Source of the DNA: Acidimicrobiales bacterium
Lineage (GTDB): Bacteria; Actinomycetota; Acidimicrobiia; Acidimicrobiales; CADCSY01
DNA: 56,566 bases
Direction of reading: 5' to 3'
NCBI GenBank assembly: GCA_038255685.1
Contig: JBBSLC010000001.1
Span: 1-56,566, forward strand
Positions 26,460 through 35,613 of the stretch are shown here, one piece after another. The notes beneath the pieces are model-generated. The model saw only the letters and a list, made by a program, of their open reading frames with translations, searched no databases and had not been told where the DNA came from. Position 1 is the first letter of the stretch; every line of letters starts with the position of its first letter. Position numbers and translations under genes: made by a program.

Positions 26460-27338
26460 TCAGCTCCGGAGGGGTGAGGGATGGCGACCGTCGAGGATGT
26501 CGTCCATGCGCGTTCGTACGAGGGTTGCCGACATCTCGGGGTGGGTGAGGATGTAGAAGCGGTCTTCGACGACGGCGTGGAACACGTCGGCGGCCACCTG
26601 TTCGGGGGTCAGGAACGTCCCGAAGGCGCCGATCGCATCCTCGGTGGCCGTGCTGGCGCCCTCTTCCCCGGCGGACTCGGAGAGCAGTGCGGCGAGACCC
26701 GCCGAGCCGTCCCCGTCGGCGAGCTCGTCCGGGCGGTTGCGCTGTGACTCGAAGATGTTGGTCATCACCAGCCCAGGACACAGGACGGAGACGCCGATGT
26801 CGGCCCCGGCGAGGCCGAGGTCACGGTGCAGCGTCTCGCTGAGGGTGACGACGCCATGCTTGGAGACGTTGTAGGCCCCCAGGTGGGGAACGGAGATGAG
26901 ACCGGCCATCGACGCCGTGTTCACCACGTGCGCCGGCTCGCCCTGGTCGAGCATCAACGGGACGAACACGCGGATGCCGTGGATGACCCCCCACAGGTTC
27001 ACCCCGAGGACCCACTCCCAGTCCTTCTCGGTCTGGGCCCAGATCGGCCCTCCAACGCCGACGCCGGCGTTGTTGTGGACCAGGTGCACGCCGCCGAAGT
27101 GAGCGACTGCGGCATCGGCCAGCGCTTGGACCGATGCCCCGTCGGACACGTCGGTCCGAACGCCGAGCACCTCATGGCCGGCCGCGGTGAAGTGCTCCAC
27201 CGTGGCATCGAGCGCGTCCTGCTGGACATCGGCCAGCACGACCCGCATCCCCGCCTCGGCGAACCGCTTGGCCACGGCACGGCCGATGCCACTGGCACCT
27301 CCGGTCACCACGGCGACCTTGTCCTCGACGACCTTCAT
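26460..27338 (-). CDS. SDR family oxidoreductase
   Basis: GAAGGAGA RBS then ATG 27338. VAVVTGGASGIGRAVA, NNAGV, YNVSKHG. Confidence 0.88.
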   Translation of the reverse strand: MKVVEDKVAVVTGGASGIGRAVAKRFAEAGMRVVLADVQQDALDATVEHFTAAGHEVLGVRTDVSDGASVQALADAAVAHFGGVHLVHNNAGVGVGGPIWAQTEKDWEWVLGVNLWGVIHGIRVFVPLMLDQGEPAHVVNTASMAGLISVPHLGAYNVSKHGVVTLSETLHRDLGLAGADIGVSVLCPGLVMTNIFESQRNRPDELADGDGSAGLAALLSESAGEEGASTATEDAIGAFGTFLTPEQVAADVFHAVVEDRFYILTHPEMSATLVRTRMDDILDGRHPSPLRS

Positions 27339-27452
27339 CAGTCGATCTCCTTCATCGGTGTGTGCAGGGTTCTCAGCGCGGTCCAGGCCGATTCGAGATG
27401 GCCGGGTCACGAGGCGGCACCGGTCGCGTGCTCGGAGACATGCGGCTGCCGG

Positions 27453-28746
27453 TCAGGAGCGTTGGGTGCCGACCTTGAGGTCCCTGAACGGGAGCTCTTT
27501 GTCCGGGCGCGGCTCGCTCGGCAGGCCGAGCACACGCTCGCCGATGATGTTGCGCTGGACCTGGTCGGTCCCGCCGGCGATGGACACGGCCGGGCTGAAC
27601 AGGGCGAGGAGCTGGAGCATCCCGCCGAGTGGTGCGCTGTCCCCCATCAGCATCCCGTGCGGGCCTTCCAGCGCCAATCCGGCATCGCGAAGCGCCACAA
27701 CGATCTTCGACGCCATCAGCTTCCCGGTGGAGACCTCGGGCCCCGGCCCGTGGCCCAGGGCGGCAGCGGCCTTCGCTCGCAGCCCCGTGTAGCGGGCGAT
27801 CTCCAGCAGGGAGTAGATGCGCGCGAAATCCTGGCGGACAACCGGATCCTCGCTCCGGCCGAGGAGCTTCGGGAGGGTCAGGACGAGGGAAGCCCCCCCC
27901 TCCCCCGAAGGCGGCGGCCATCCCCGCCATCTCGCCACCGCCGGAGCGCCCGACGAGGTCGCCGACCCGTGCTTGGAGGTCGGGCCTGCCGATGATGTCG
28001 CCGCCCCCCATGCCACCCATCGACCCTGCCCCGAGCGAGCTGCGCTCGTGGGCCAGGGTGGTGACCGCCACCCGCCAACCACCGTCGACCTCACCGATCA
28101 CGTCGGCGTGTGGCACCCGGGCGTCGGTGAGGAACACCTCGTTGAAGGTGGCGCCGCCGGTCATCTCCTTGAGCGGACGGACCTCGATCCCGGGCTGGTC
28201 CATGTCGATCACGAAGTAGGTGATGCCGGCGTGCTTGGCAGCGTCGATGTCGGTGCGGGCGATGAGGATCCCCCACTTGGAGAACTGGGCCCCCGAGGTC
28301 CACACCTTCTGCCCGTTCACGACCCACTCGTCGCCGTCGCGCACGGCCCTGGCCTGGACGCTGGCGAGGTCCGACCCCGAGCCCGGCTCGCTGAAGAGCT
28401 GGCACCAGACGGCCTTGCCCGTGACCATGTCCGGGAGGAAGCGCTCCTTCTGCTCGTCGGTGGCGTGGTCGGCGATCGTGGGGCCCGCCATCATGACGCC
28501 GATCCCGCTCGGGGGTCCGTAGGCCCCGGCGCGCCCCCGTTCCTCGTGCACGACCGCGACCAGCTCGGAGCTCAGCCCCCGCCCGAACGACGCGGGGGAC
28601 CAGGTCGGGAAGCCGAAGCCCGAGCGTGCGAGCCGCTCCCACCACTCGCCGAGCGTGAGGTCGGGATCCCAGGAGGACTCGAAGAAGGCACGGGCCTCGG
28701 CCCGGAGCTTGGCGACCTCGGGCGCTTCGTTCGTGGTCGGGGTCAC
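27453..28746 (-). pseudogene. acyl-CoA dehydrogenase interrupted by a 1-nt frameshift in a G8 (plus-strand C8) run
   Basis: The N-terminal 2/3 is in the frame of ORF 27373-28746 (QLFSEPGSGSDLAS, WVVNGQKVWTSGA). The C-terminal domain is in the frame of ORF 27453-28094 (GGTDQVQRNIIGERVLGLP). The frames switch at 27893-27900. Confidence 0.8.
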
Positions 28747-28785
28747 GAGGATCCTCCTGGTGGTGGACGGGCAGGTTGTCGGCGA

Positions 28786-29178
28786 TCAGGCGGTGATCGC
28801 CTTGAGGCGGTCCTGGAAGGCCTGCTGCTCGGGGCTCGGGGCACCGGCCGACTGCATCGCCATGAGCTTGGACATGTCGCCCTCGACCTTGATCTGGCCG
28901 CTCATGAACGCCTGCATGGCTGCCTGCTGGTTCCCCTCGACGAACATGGCCTTGGCCACGTCGTAGGGCACCGTGAGCTTGGTGGCGGCATCGGCGACGT
29001 GCTCCTGCTCGAAGCGGCCGGCCTGCATGCTGATGTCCTTGTCGCCCTCGGGTCCGCCGGCGACGGTGACGTTGAGCTTCAGGTCGGCCATGGCCGGCGG
29101 CACGGGCGGGTCCCCGAGCTCCGAGCGCAGCGCGTCGACAGCGTCGAACCAGGCCTGTGAGAGGAATGCATGCGACAT
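28786..29178 (-). CDS. SCP2 sterol/lipid-binding domain protein
   Basis: SQAWFDAV..., AMQAFMSGQIKVEGDMSKLMAMQ is the typical SCP2 C-terminal signature. Confidence 0.85.
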   Translation of the reverse strand: MSHAFLSQAWFDAVDALRSELGDPPVPPAMADLKLNVTVAGGPEGDKDISMQAGRFEQEHVADAATKLTVPYDVAKAMFVEGNQQAAMQAFMSGQIKVEGDMSKLMAMQSAGAPSPEQQAFQDRLKAITA

Positions 29179-29215
29179 GTGGGCTCCTTGTGGCTCTTGG
29201 AATTTGGGTTGGTTC

Positions 29216-30595
29216 TCAGGTGCGGGAGGAATCGGTGATCGACTCGGCGAAGGCGTCGGCGGCGAGGTCCTCGCCGACCGTGTGCTCGTCGAGGCCGTCG
29301 AACAGGAAGCCGATGAGCTCGGGGTCGTTCAAGATGGCCCAGTCGGGGGCCATGAGCTTGGCGTAGCGCTCGAAGTACAACATCTGCTTGGCGACGAGGA
29401 CGAGCTCGCGCGGCAAGCGCACCTCGTAGCGGGTCCCGATGCGGACGATGTCGATCAGGACCTGCCCGTAGGAGATCTCCGAGAGCGGCCGACCGAGGAT
29501 CGGCTCGACGATCTCGGCGATGTCACGGCTCGCCTCTTCGAGGGCGACTGGCTTGAGCACGGCGCCCATCTCGTAGATCGCCTTGGCGACCTCGACGAAG
29601 TCACCGTGCACGAGCAAGGCCGGCAGGCCGTGGCGGATGACCTCCTTCGTCTTGTCGTCGAGCCGTCCGACGATGCCGAAGTCGAGGAACACCACATTGC
29701 CGTCGTGGTCGATCATGAGGTTCCCCGCGTGGACGTCACCGTGGAAGAAGCCGTGCTCGAGCGCCGCCTCCATCCACGCCCGCACGCCCTTCTTGAGGGC
29801 GCCGCCGAGGTCCCAACCCAAGGTGCCCAACGACGCCAGGTCGTCGATCTTGTAGCCGTGGATCCGCTCCATCGTGAGCACGCGCGGTGTGGTGTACGGC
29901 CAGCGCACCGACGGCACCCGCACGCCCTCGTTCGTCCCGAAGCGACGGAGGTTGCCGTCGAAGCGCTCCATCGCCCTCGCCTCGTTGACGAAGTTCAGCT
30001 CTTCGGAGAGCGTCGCCGCGAAGTCCTCGACGACCGCGACCGGGTTCGCCATCCGGCTCTTCGCCGAGGTGCGCTCGAGCACACGTGCGAGCCGCATGAG
30101 GATCCGGAGATCCCCTTCGAGCCGGGCGCGGATCCCGGGACGCTGCACCTTGACGACGACCTCCTCCCCGTCGTGGAGGAGGGCTGTGTGCACCTGGGCG
30201 ATCGAGGCCGAGGCGAGCGGGATGACGTCGAAGCGGGCGAAGACCTCCTCGGGCGGCGCTCCGAGCTCTTCGACGAGGACGGCGCGCACCTCCTCCAGGG
30301 GGACCGGCGGCACCTCGTCGAGGCACGATCGGAACTCGTCGGCCAACACGTCGGGGAACAGCCCCGGGCTCGAAGCGATGAGCTGTGCCAGCTTCACGTA
30401 CGTGGGACCGAGCTCCTCGAACGCGCAACGGACCTCGTTCGCAGCGACGACGTCCTTCGGCTCGCCGGCCCGCCACCGGCGTGCGCCTCTGATGCCGTGG
30501 CGAGCGAGCACCAGGCTCGTCCCGGCCAACCGCCCCACCTCGCGCCCACCGAACCCGGCGATGTCGCTCGGCGTGAACCCCCTCGGACGTGCCAC
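29216..30595 (-). CDS. ABC1/UbiB (AarF) family atypical kinase, paralog 1
   Basis: ELGPTYVKLAQLIASSPGLFP, ASIAQVH, VVVKVQRPG, FFHGDVHAGNLMI, FLDFGIVG. GTG 30595 follows AAGAGG. The TTG 30694 of the ORF track is unlikely to be the start. Confidence 0.85.
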   Translation of the reverse strand: MARPRGFTPSDIAGFGGREVGRLAGTSLVLARHGIRGARRWRAGEPKDVVAANEVRCAFEELGPTYVKLAQLIASSPGLFPDVLADEFRSCLDEVPPVPLEEVRAVLVEELGAPPEEVFARFDVIPLASASIAQVHTALLHDGEEVVVKVQRPGIRARLEGDLRILMRLARVLERTSAKSRMANPVAVVEDFAATLSEELNFVNEARAMERFDGNLRRFGTNEGVRVPSVRWPYTTPRVLTMERIHGYKIDDLASLGTLGWDLGGALKKGVRAWMEAALEHGFFHGDVHAGNLMIDHDGNVVFLDFGIVGRLDDKTKEVIRHGLPALLVHGDFVEVAKAIYEMGAVLKPVALEEASRDIAEIVEPILGRPLSEISYGQVLIDIVRIGTRYEVRLPRELVLVAKQMLYFERYAKLMAPDWAILNDPELIGFLFDGLDEHTVGEDLAADAFAESITDSSRT

Positions 30596-30647
30596 AAGCT
30601 GCCTCTTCCAATCGGGCGGGCCGATGCTCCGGACGTGTGCAACATGT

Positions 30648-30669
30648 TGACAGTTCTGTCTGTCTGTCA
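30648..30669. promoter_or_regulatory. inverted repeat TGACAG-N10-CTGTCA in the AT-richer gap upstream of ABC1 kinase 1
   Basis: 6-bp perfect arms. The gap also holds a TTGACA hexamer in minus-strand sense (30694-30689). Confidence 0.35.
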
Positions 30670-30690
30670 CAAATCGGGGCGAGGCCGTTG

Positions 30691-31521
30691 TCAAAGACGG
30701 AGGGATGCCCCCCTACCGATCAGGCGTTGATAGAAGGCTGGCGAGGTTCGAGCCAGCGCGCTGAACACATGGGCATCGGGGCCGACCATGACCCGGCGAC
30801 GGTCCTGCTCGACGGCCCGCACGATCTTCGCGGCCGCCCGCTTCGGCGTCGTGAGGAAGAGGCGCTCAGAGGCAGCGATGGCTCTCGCCGGATCCTGGCC
30901 GAGCACCGACATGCTCGGGTCGAAGCGGGCGTTGCGCGCGATGTTGGTCTTGATCCCGCCGGGGTGGACCGTCGTGCACGAGACGGCGCCGCCCTCGAGG
31001 TCGAGCTCGATGCGCAGCGCCTCGGTGAACCCGCGCACCGCGAACTTCGCTGCGTTGTAGGCCGACTGCGCGGGGATGCCGAGGAGCCCGAACACGCTGG
31101 AGATGTTCACGATGTGACCTTCCCCAGCCGCCTTCAGGTGCGGTAGGAAGGCCTTCGTGCCGTGCACCACCCCCCAGAAGTTCACGCCCATCAGCCACTC
31201 GAAGTCGTCGTAGGCCATCCCCTCGACGGTGGCGCCGAGCGCGACGCCTGCGTTGTTGAAGATCAGGTTGGCCGCACCATGGTCAGCCACGACCTTGTCA
31301 GCCCAGCTCTCGACCGCCAACCGGTCGGCGACGTCGACCGGCGCCGTCGTCACGATCAAGCCGGTGCCCCCGACGAGACCGGCGGTCTGCTCGAGACCCC
31401 CCTCGTCGACATCGCAGAGCGCGAGGTGACAGCCTCGTCCGGCCAGCTCCACGGCGAGGGCTCTGCCGATGCCCGAACCCGCCCCGGTGACCGCCGCAAC
31501 CCGACCTGTGAGGTCCTTCAC
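30691..31521 (-). CDS. SDR family oxidoreductase
   Basis: GTG 31521 overlaps the upstream stop (GTGA). VAAVTGAGSGIGRALA, NNAGV, YNAAKFA. Confidence 0.88.
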   Translation of the reverse strand: MKDLTGRVAAVTGAGSGIGRALAVELAGRGCHLALCDVDEGGLEQTAGLVGGTGLIVTTAPVDVADRLAVESWADKVVADHGAANLIFNNAGVALGATVEGMAYDDFEWLMGVNFWGVVHGTKAFLPHLKAAGEGHIVNISSVFGLLGIPAQSAYNAAKFAVRGFTEALRIELDLEGGAVSCTTVHPGGIKTNIARNARFDPSMSVLGQDPARAIAASERLFLTTPKRAAAKIVRAVEQDRRRVMVGPDAHVFSALARTSPAFYQRLIGRGASLRL

Positions 31522-32405
31522 GATCGGCGGCCACGGTGGCCGAGGACGGATGGCGCATCGGAGAGGTACTCGAGCGCGAGCGGGAGCGAGCCAGGCAGCT
31601 CTGAGGGATGGTGGCCAGGCTTGAAGTAGAGGCGCATGTCCCACAGCGCCCTCGGAAGGGAGAACACCCGACCTGCGCGCACGGCGGCGAGGTGGCGTCG
31701 CCAGCTCCAGATCCCCTTGGCTGACGGGTCGCGTCGCATGAGCTCGGTCGTCAGCAGGGGCCAGAGGCCGAGGACCAAGAGGCCGAGCGGCACCATCGTC
31801 GTGGCCCGACGCACATACCCACCCCCGATGTGGTCGTAGACGTCGAAGGCGACGTGGCGGTGCTCGACCTCCTCGGCTGCGTGCCAGAGGAAGAGGTGCG
31901 CCATGTCGGGGTCCACCTCGGGATCCGACCAGCTGTTGCGGTCGAGGACGTAGCCGGCCAGAGATGCGGTGAAGTGCTCCGCGGCGGCGGTGGCTGCGAC
32001 CATCTGCAGGACGGCCTGGCGGCGAAAGGGCTCCGGCAGCTTGTCGACCCGGGCGTTCAACCGCCGGCGGATGCGCTCGAAGCGGTCGAGCTCGCGCTGG
32101 AAGTCGATCCCGTGCTCGTGCATGCGCTCGACGCAGCGCTCGTGCTCGTTCGCATGGGTCACCTCCTGTCCGAGGAAGCCACGGATGTCCTTGCGGATCC
32201 GATCGTCGGTCACGTACGGCAGGGCGTTGCGCAGCGAGTCGTTGAAGAACCGCTCGCCGGTGGGGAACAACAGGTTGCCCACGTTCATCGTGTGGGTGCT
32301 CTGGGCGTCGCCCCCGAGCCAGTGCACGGGGGCCCGGTCGAGCTCGAACGTCGTCTTGCGCGGGGCGACGGGCTCAGCCGGCCTGGCCAGGGTGAGGTTG
32401 CTCAT
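31518..32405 (-). CDS. 'predicted metal-dependent hydrolase' family protein with two ExxH motifs, paralog 1
   Basis: GFLGQEVTHANEHE, AAAEHFTASLA, LWHAAEEVEHRHVAFDVY, then a hydrophobic helix. Paralogous to 45840-46709. Confidence 0.8.
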   Translation of the reverse strand: MSNLTLARPAEPVAPRKTTFELDRAPVHWLGGDAQSTHTMNVGNLLFPTGERFFNDSLRNALPYVTDDRIRKDIRGFLGQEVTHANEHERCVERMHEHGIDFQRELDRFERIRRRLNARVDKLPEPFRRQAVLQMVAATAAAEHFTASLAGYVLDRNSWSDPEVDPDMAHLFLWHAAEEVEHRHVAFDVYDHIGGGYVRRATTMVPLGLLVLGLWPLLTTELMRRDPSAKGIWSWRRHLAAVRAGRVFSLPRALWDMRLYFKPGHHPSELPGSLPLALEYLSDAPSVLGHRGRRS

Positions 32406-32430
32406 GAGCCCACTCTATCCAAACTGGACA

Positions 32431-32463
32431 AGACGATGCATCTTCATCGTCTCATTGATGCAA
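32431..32463. promoter_or_regulatory. inverted repeat AGACGATG-N6-CATCGTCT plus adjacent TTGCATCAATG (minus-sense) upstream of 31518-32405
   Basis: 8-bp perfect arms at 32431-32452. The 11-mer at 32453-32463 is the reverse complement of 42547-42557. Confidence 0.4.
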
Positions 32464-32478
32464 GGTCGCCACGCTTCC

Positions 32479-34092
32479 TCAGGCAACCCCGGTGGTGCGG
32501 GCAAGCGCGTCGGCCCGACAGCGCTTGTAGTCGACCTTGCCGTTCGGGGCCCGACCCACGGTGTCGACGAACAGCACCCGCTTGGGCGCCTTGAACGCCG
32601 CCAGGCGGTCCTTCACGTGGGCGATCAGCTCATCCTCGGTCACCTCCGCCTCCGGGTCGATCTCGACGAGGGCGGTGATGGCCTCGCCCCACTTCTCGTC
32701 CGGCACGCCGACGACCACCGCGTCGCGAACCGAGGGGTGCACCTTGACCGCCTCCTCCACCTCTTCCGGGTAGACCTTCTCACCGCCGGTGTTGATGCAG
32801 ACCGAGCCCCGACCGAGCAGCTGGATCGTGCCGTCGGCCTCGACGGTGGCGTAGTCGCCTGGGATGGAGTAGCGCTTGCCGTCGATCACCCGGAACGTGG
32901 CCGCCGACTTCTCCTCGTCCTTGTAGTAGCCGAGTGGGACGCGACCCCCGACCCCGACCATCCCGGTCTCGCCCGACCCTGGCTCCACGAACCGGCCGTC
33001 GTCGGTGATCACCGCGGCGTTGGGACCGAGCTGGAACGTCGCCGTCTTGGCCGAGCTGCCCCCGCCGGAGATCGACGTACCCATGCCGAGCGCCTCGGAG
33101 GACGAGAACGCATCCATCAGGAGCATCGCGCCGTGGTGGCCGAGCAAGCCCTGCTTGGTCTCCTCGCTCCACATGACCCCCGACGACGTCATGGCGAGGA
33201 CGCTCGAGAGATCCCAGCGACCGGGCTCGGCGTCGAGGGCTCGCAGCATCGGCTTGGCAAAGGCGTCGCCCACGATGACCACGACGTTCGCCTTCTCCCG
33301 CTCGACGGCGTCCAGCAGCTCGACCGGGTCGTAGTTCCGCTCGGACAGCAGCACGACCGAGCCTCCCTGGCTGAGCGTGCTCATCGACACCAGGGCTCCG
33401 GTGCCGTGCATGAGCGGGCACGCCGGCAGCGCGATCGCCCCCGGCGCGGTGCGCATGGCACGGATGGCGTCATAGTCCGGCTCGTCGGGGAAGCCGGCTC
33501 CGAGCTGGCTCGCCAGCATCATGATCAGGTCGTCCTGGCGCCACATGACGCCCTTGGGCATGCCGGTCGTGCCACCGGTGTAGAGCATGTAGAGGTGGTC
33601 GCCGTCCCGGCCCCACGGTGCCTTCTGGCGACCGGGTGCAGCCGTCGCCACATCCTCGTAGGGCGTGGCCCACGCTGGGCAGGCTCCCGAGCCGTCGTCG
33701 ACGCAGAGCCAGCCCTTCACCTTGGGCAGCTGGCCCCGGAGGCGGTCGACGCGCTCGGCGAAGGTCCCGTGGAAGACCACGGCCACCGCATCGGCGTTGT
33801 CCCAGAGGTACAGCAGCTCGTCGTCGGCGTAGCGGTAGTTCGTGTTCACCGGGACGAGGCCCGCCTTGTAGGCGGCGAACACCGACTCGAGGTACTCGGG
33901 GCAGTTGTAGAGGTACTGGGCGACCTTGTCCTGCTCGGACGCGCCGAGCCCGAGCAGCCAGGCGGCGATGCCGTCGGCCCGTTGGTCGAACGCCGACCAC
34001 GTCAACCGCCGGTCTCCCTGGACGAGCGCCTGCGCGTCGGGCAGCGCGTCGGCCGCCGCCTCCCACAGCTCCGCGAAGCTCCAACCTGACAT
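32479..34092 (-). CDS. acyl-CoA synthetase (AMP-forming, FadD-like)
   Basis: YTGGTTGMPKGVMW, TGDYATVEADG, APNGKVDYK. Confidence 0.9.
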   Translation of the reverse strand: MSGWSFAELWEAAADALPDAQALVQGDRRLTWSAFDQRADGIAAWLLGLGASEQDKVAQYLYNCPEYLESVFAAYKAGLVPVNTNYRYADDELLYLWDNADAVAVVFHGTFAERVDRLRGQLPKVKGWLCVDDGSGACPAWATPYEDVATAAPGRQKAPWGRDGDHLYMLYTGGTTGMPKGVMWRQDDLIMMLASQLGAGFPDEPDYDAIRAMRTAPGAIALPACPLMHGTGALVSMSTLSQGGSVVLLSERNYDPVELLDAVEREKANVVVIVGDAFAKPMLRALDAEPGRWDLSSVLAMTSSGVMWSEETKQGLLGHHGAMLLMDAFSSSEALGMGTSISGGGSSAKTATFQLGPNAAVITDDGRFVEPGSGETGMVGVGGRVPLGYYKDEEKSAATFRVIDGKRYSIPGDYATVEADGTIQLLGRGSVCINTGGEKVYPEEVEEAVKVHPSVRDAVVVGVPDEKWGEAITALVEIDPEAEVTEDELIAHVKDRLAAFKAPKRVLFVDTVGRAPNGKVDYKRCRADALARTTGVA

Positions 34093-34107
34093 GGTGACCC
34101 CCCTGGT

Positions 34108-35613
34108 TCAGCGTCCGGCGGTGGCCGGCTCGTGTTCGACTCGGTACGTCGCCGGCGATCCGCTCACGTGGATGCGCGCCCCGACGATGCTGCGACCCGC
34201 CAGCGCGACCAGCTCGTCCGGCTCGGCGAGTGCTGCGACGCGGCGGCCGTCGTCGAGGTCGGCGACCACCGGGGCCGAGGTCACCGCGCCGCCGGCGTCG
34301 TAGACGACCGTCGATGCCCGCACGGTGGCTGCGCCGGCGGCGTCCTCGACGGCCACCGGCAGGGCAGCGGCGTCGATGGCGCGCTGGTCGGCCGCGGTGT
34401 CGCCTCGCCGGAACCCGGCGGCCGGCGGTTCGCTGCCGTAGAGCCCGACCGCGTGCTTGGTGATGAAGCCGCCGAGCCCGGTGGTGAGTGCCAGCCCGGG
34501 GCGACGGCGCAGCAGCTCGACCATGGTCGCGATGGAATGCGACGTGTAGTTGTTCCCAGGGCCGCCGAAGTACGGGTGCCCCCCGGTGACGGTGAGCCCA
34601 CGCAGGTCGGAGACCGCCATCCCCAGCGCCTCCGCACCGACCTGCACGGCTGAGGGGAAGCAGGAGTAGAGATCCACGAGGTCGATGTCGTCGATGCCGA
34701 CGCCTGCAGCGCCGAGCGCAGCGGCGCCGGCGGCGCGGATGCCAGGCGAGGCTGCGAGATCGGGCCGTGCCGTCGGGGAGAAGACCTCCGCTGCATCGGC
34801 GCCCGACCAGACGAACGCCACGCCGTCGGCGGCGCCCGCCCGCCTCGCCTCGGCCAGGGAGCAGACGACGAGCGCGGCGCCGAGGTCGACGTTCGGGAAC
34901 GCGTTCATCCGCTTCGTGTAGGGCTCTGCGGTGACCCGGTTCGAAGGCGACGGCAGCGAGAGCTCCTCGGCTGGCACCACCTCGGGGAACCAGGCGTAGC
35001 GGTGCTCGGCGGCGATGTCGGTGAAGCGGGCGAGCAGGCGCCCCAGGTGCGACCGCTGCTGCTCCGGTGTCCGGCCGTCGCGCGCCGCAAGGGCGCTCTC
35101 GAAGAGCGGGTACAGCTGGGCCGGCTGGTAGAGGCGGATGGCGAGCTCAGCGGGCGAGAGGAGCCCGTCGGCGAGCGTCCCGACGACGGGGTCGTGCCCG
35201 CCCTCCACGGCGTCGGCGCGCCGGAAGAGCTGGTCTCCCCCACCGCGGGCGCGCACGGACCTCGTGGACTCCGCCCCGGCGATCAGCGTCACCGAGAGCT
35301 CGCCGCGCGCGATCTGCTCTGCTGCCCGAGTGACGAGCCACTGCGGGGTGTTGCCGCCGACCGTGGTCGTCTCCCGGTGACCGTCAGGGAGACCGAGTGC
35401 CTCGCCGAGCTCGGTGGCGCCCAGCGGGCTCGACGGCGAGAACACCGCGCTCACCATCGTCACCCGTTCGACGCGCCCGGCCAGGCCGGGCGCCTCCGCC
35501 AGCGCCGCACGAGCGGCTCGCTCGCACAGGTCCCCTGTCGTCACGATCTCGTCGCGCTCGATCGCCTGGCCGACGGCAGCCACGACCGGGATCCGCTCCT
35601 CGTCGCTGCTCAC
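34108..35613 (-). CDS. thiolase-fold protein (~500 aa) lacking the canonical catalytic cysteines
   Basis: GTG 35613 overlaps the ACAD stop (GTGA). Thiolase-like blocks: LIAGAES, DLYSCFPSAV, VTGGHPYFGGPGNNY. The nucleophile-loop position reads VGGNTPQ. Confidence 0.78.
   Translation of the reverse strand: MSSDEERIPVVAAVGQAIERDEIVTTGDLCERAARAALAEAPGLAGRVERVTMVSAVFSPSSPLGATELGEALGLPDGHRETTTVGGNTPQWLVTRAAEQIARGELSVTLIAGAESTRSVRARGGGDQLFRRADAVEGGHDPVVGTLADGLLSPAELAIRLYQPAQLYPLFESALAARDGRTPEQQRSHLGRLLARFTDIAAEHRYAWFPEVVPAEELSLPSPSNRVTAEPYTKRMNAFPNVDLGAALVVCSLAEARRAGAADGVAFVWSGADAAEVFSPTARPDLAASPGIRAAGAAALGAAGVGIDDIDLVDLYSCFPSAVQVGAEALGMAVSDLRGLTVTGGHPYFGGPGNNYTSHSIATMVELLRRRPGLALTTGLGGFITKHAVGLYGSEPPAAGFRRGDTAADQRAIDAAALPVAVEDAAGAATVRASTVVYDAGGAVTSAPVVADLDDGRRVAALAEPDELVALAGRSIVGARIHVSGSPATYRVEHEPATAGR

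Noticed and set aside
27893-27900. Programmed ribosomal frameshift or phase-variable switch at the ACAD G8 tract. A similar C8 run overlaps the RBS region of the hydratase at 2931-2938.
   Set aside because: There is no slippery heptamer or downstream structure. Runs of 8 G or C are expected by chance several times in 56 kb of ~70% GC DNA. Sequencing error or simple mutation is the more economical explanation. The frameshift itself is kept as a finding, without claiming programmed recoding.
30656-30668. (CTGT)3 tetranucleotide microsatellite upstream of ABC1 kinase 1.
   Set aside because: Only three units are present. It is better explained as part of the TGACAG/CTGTCA inverted repeat.
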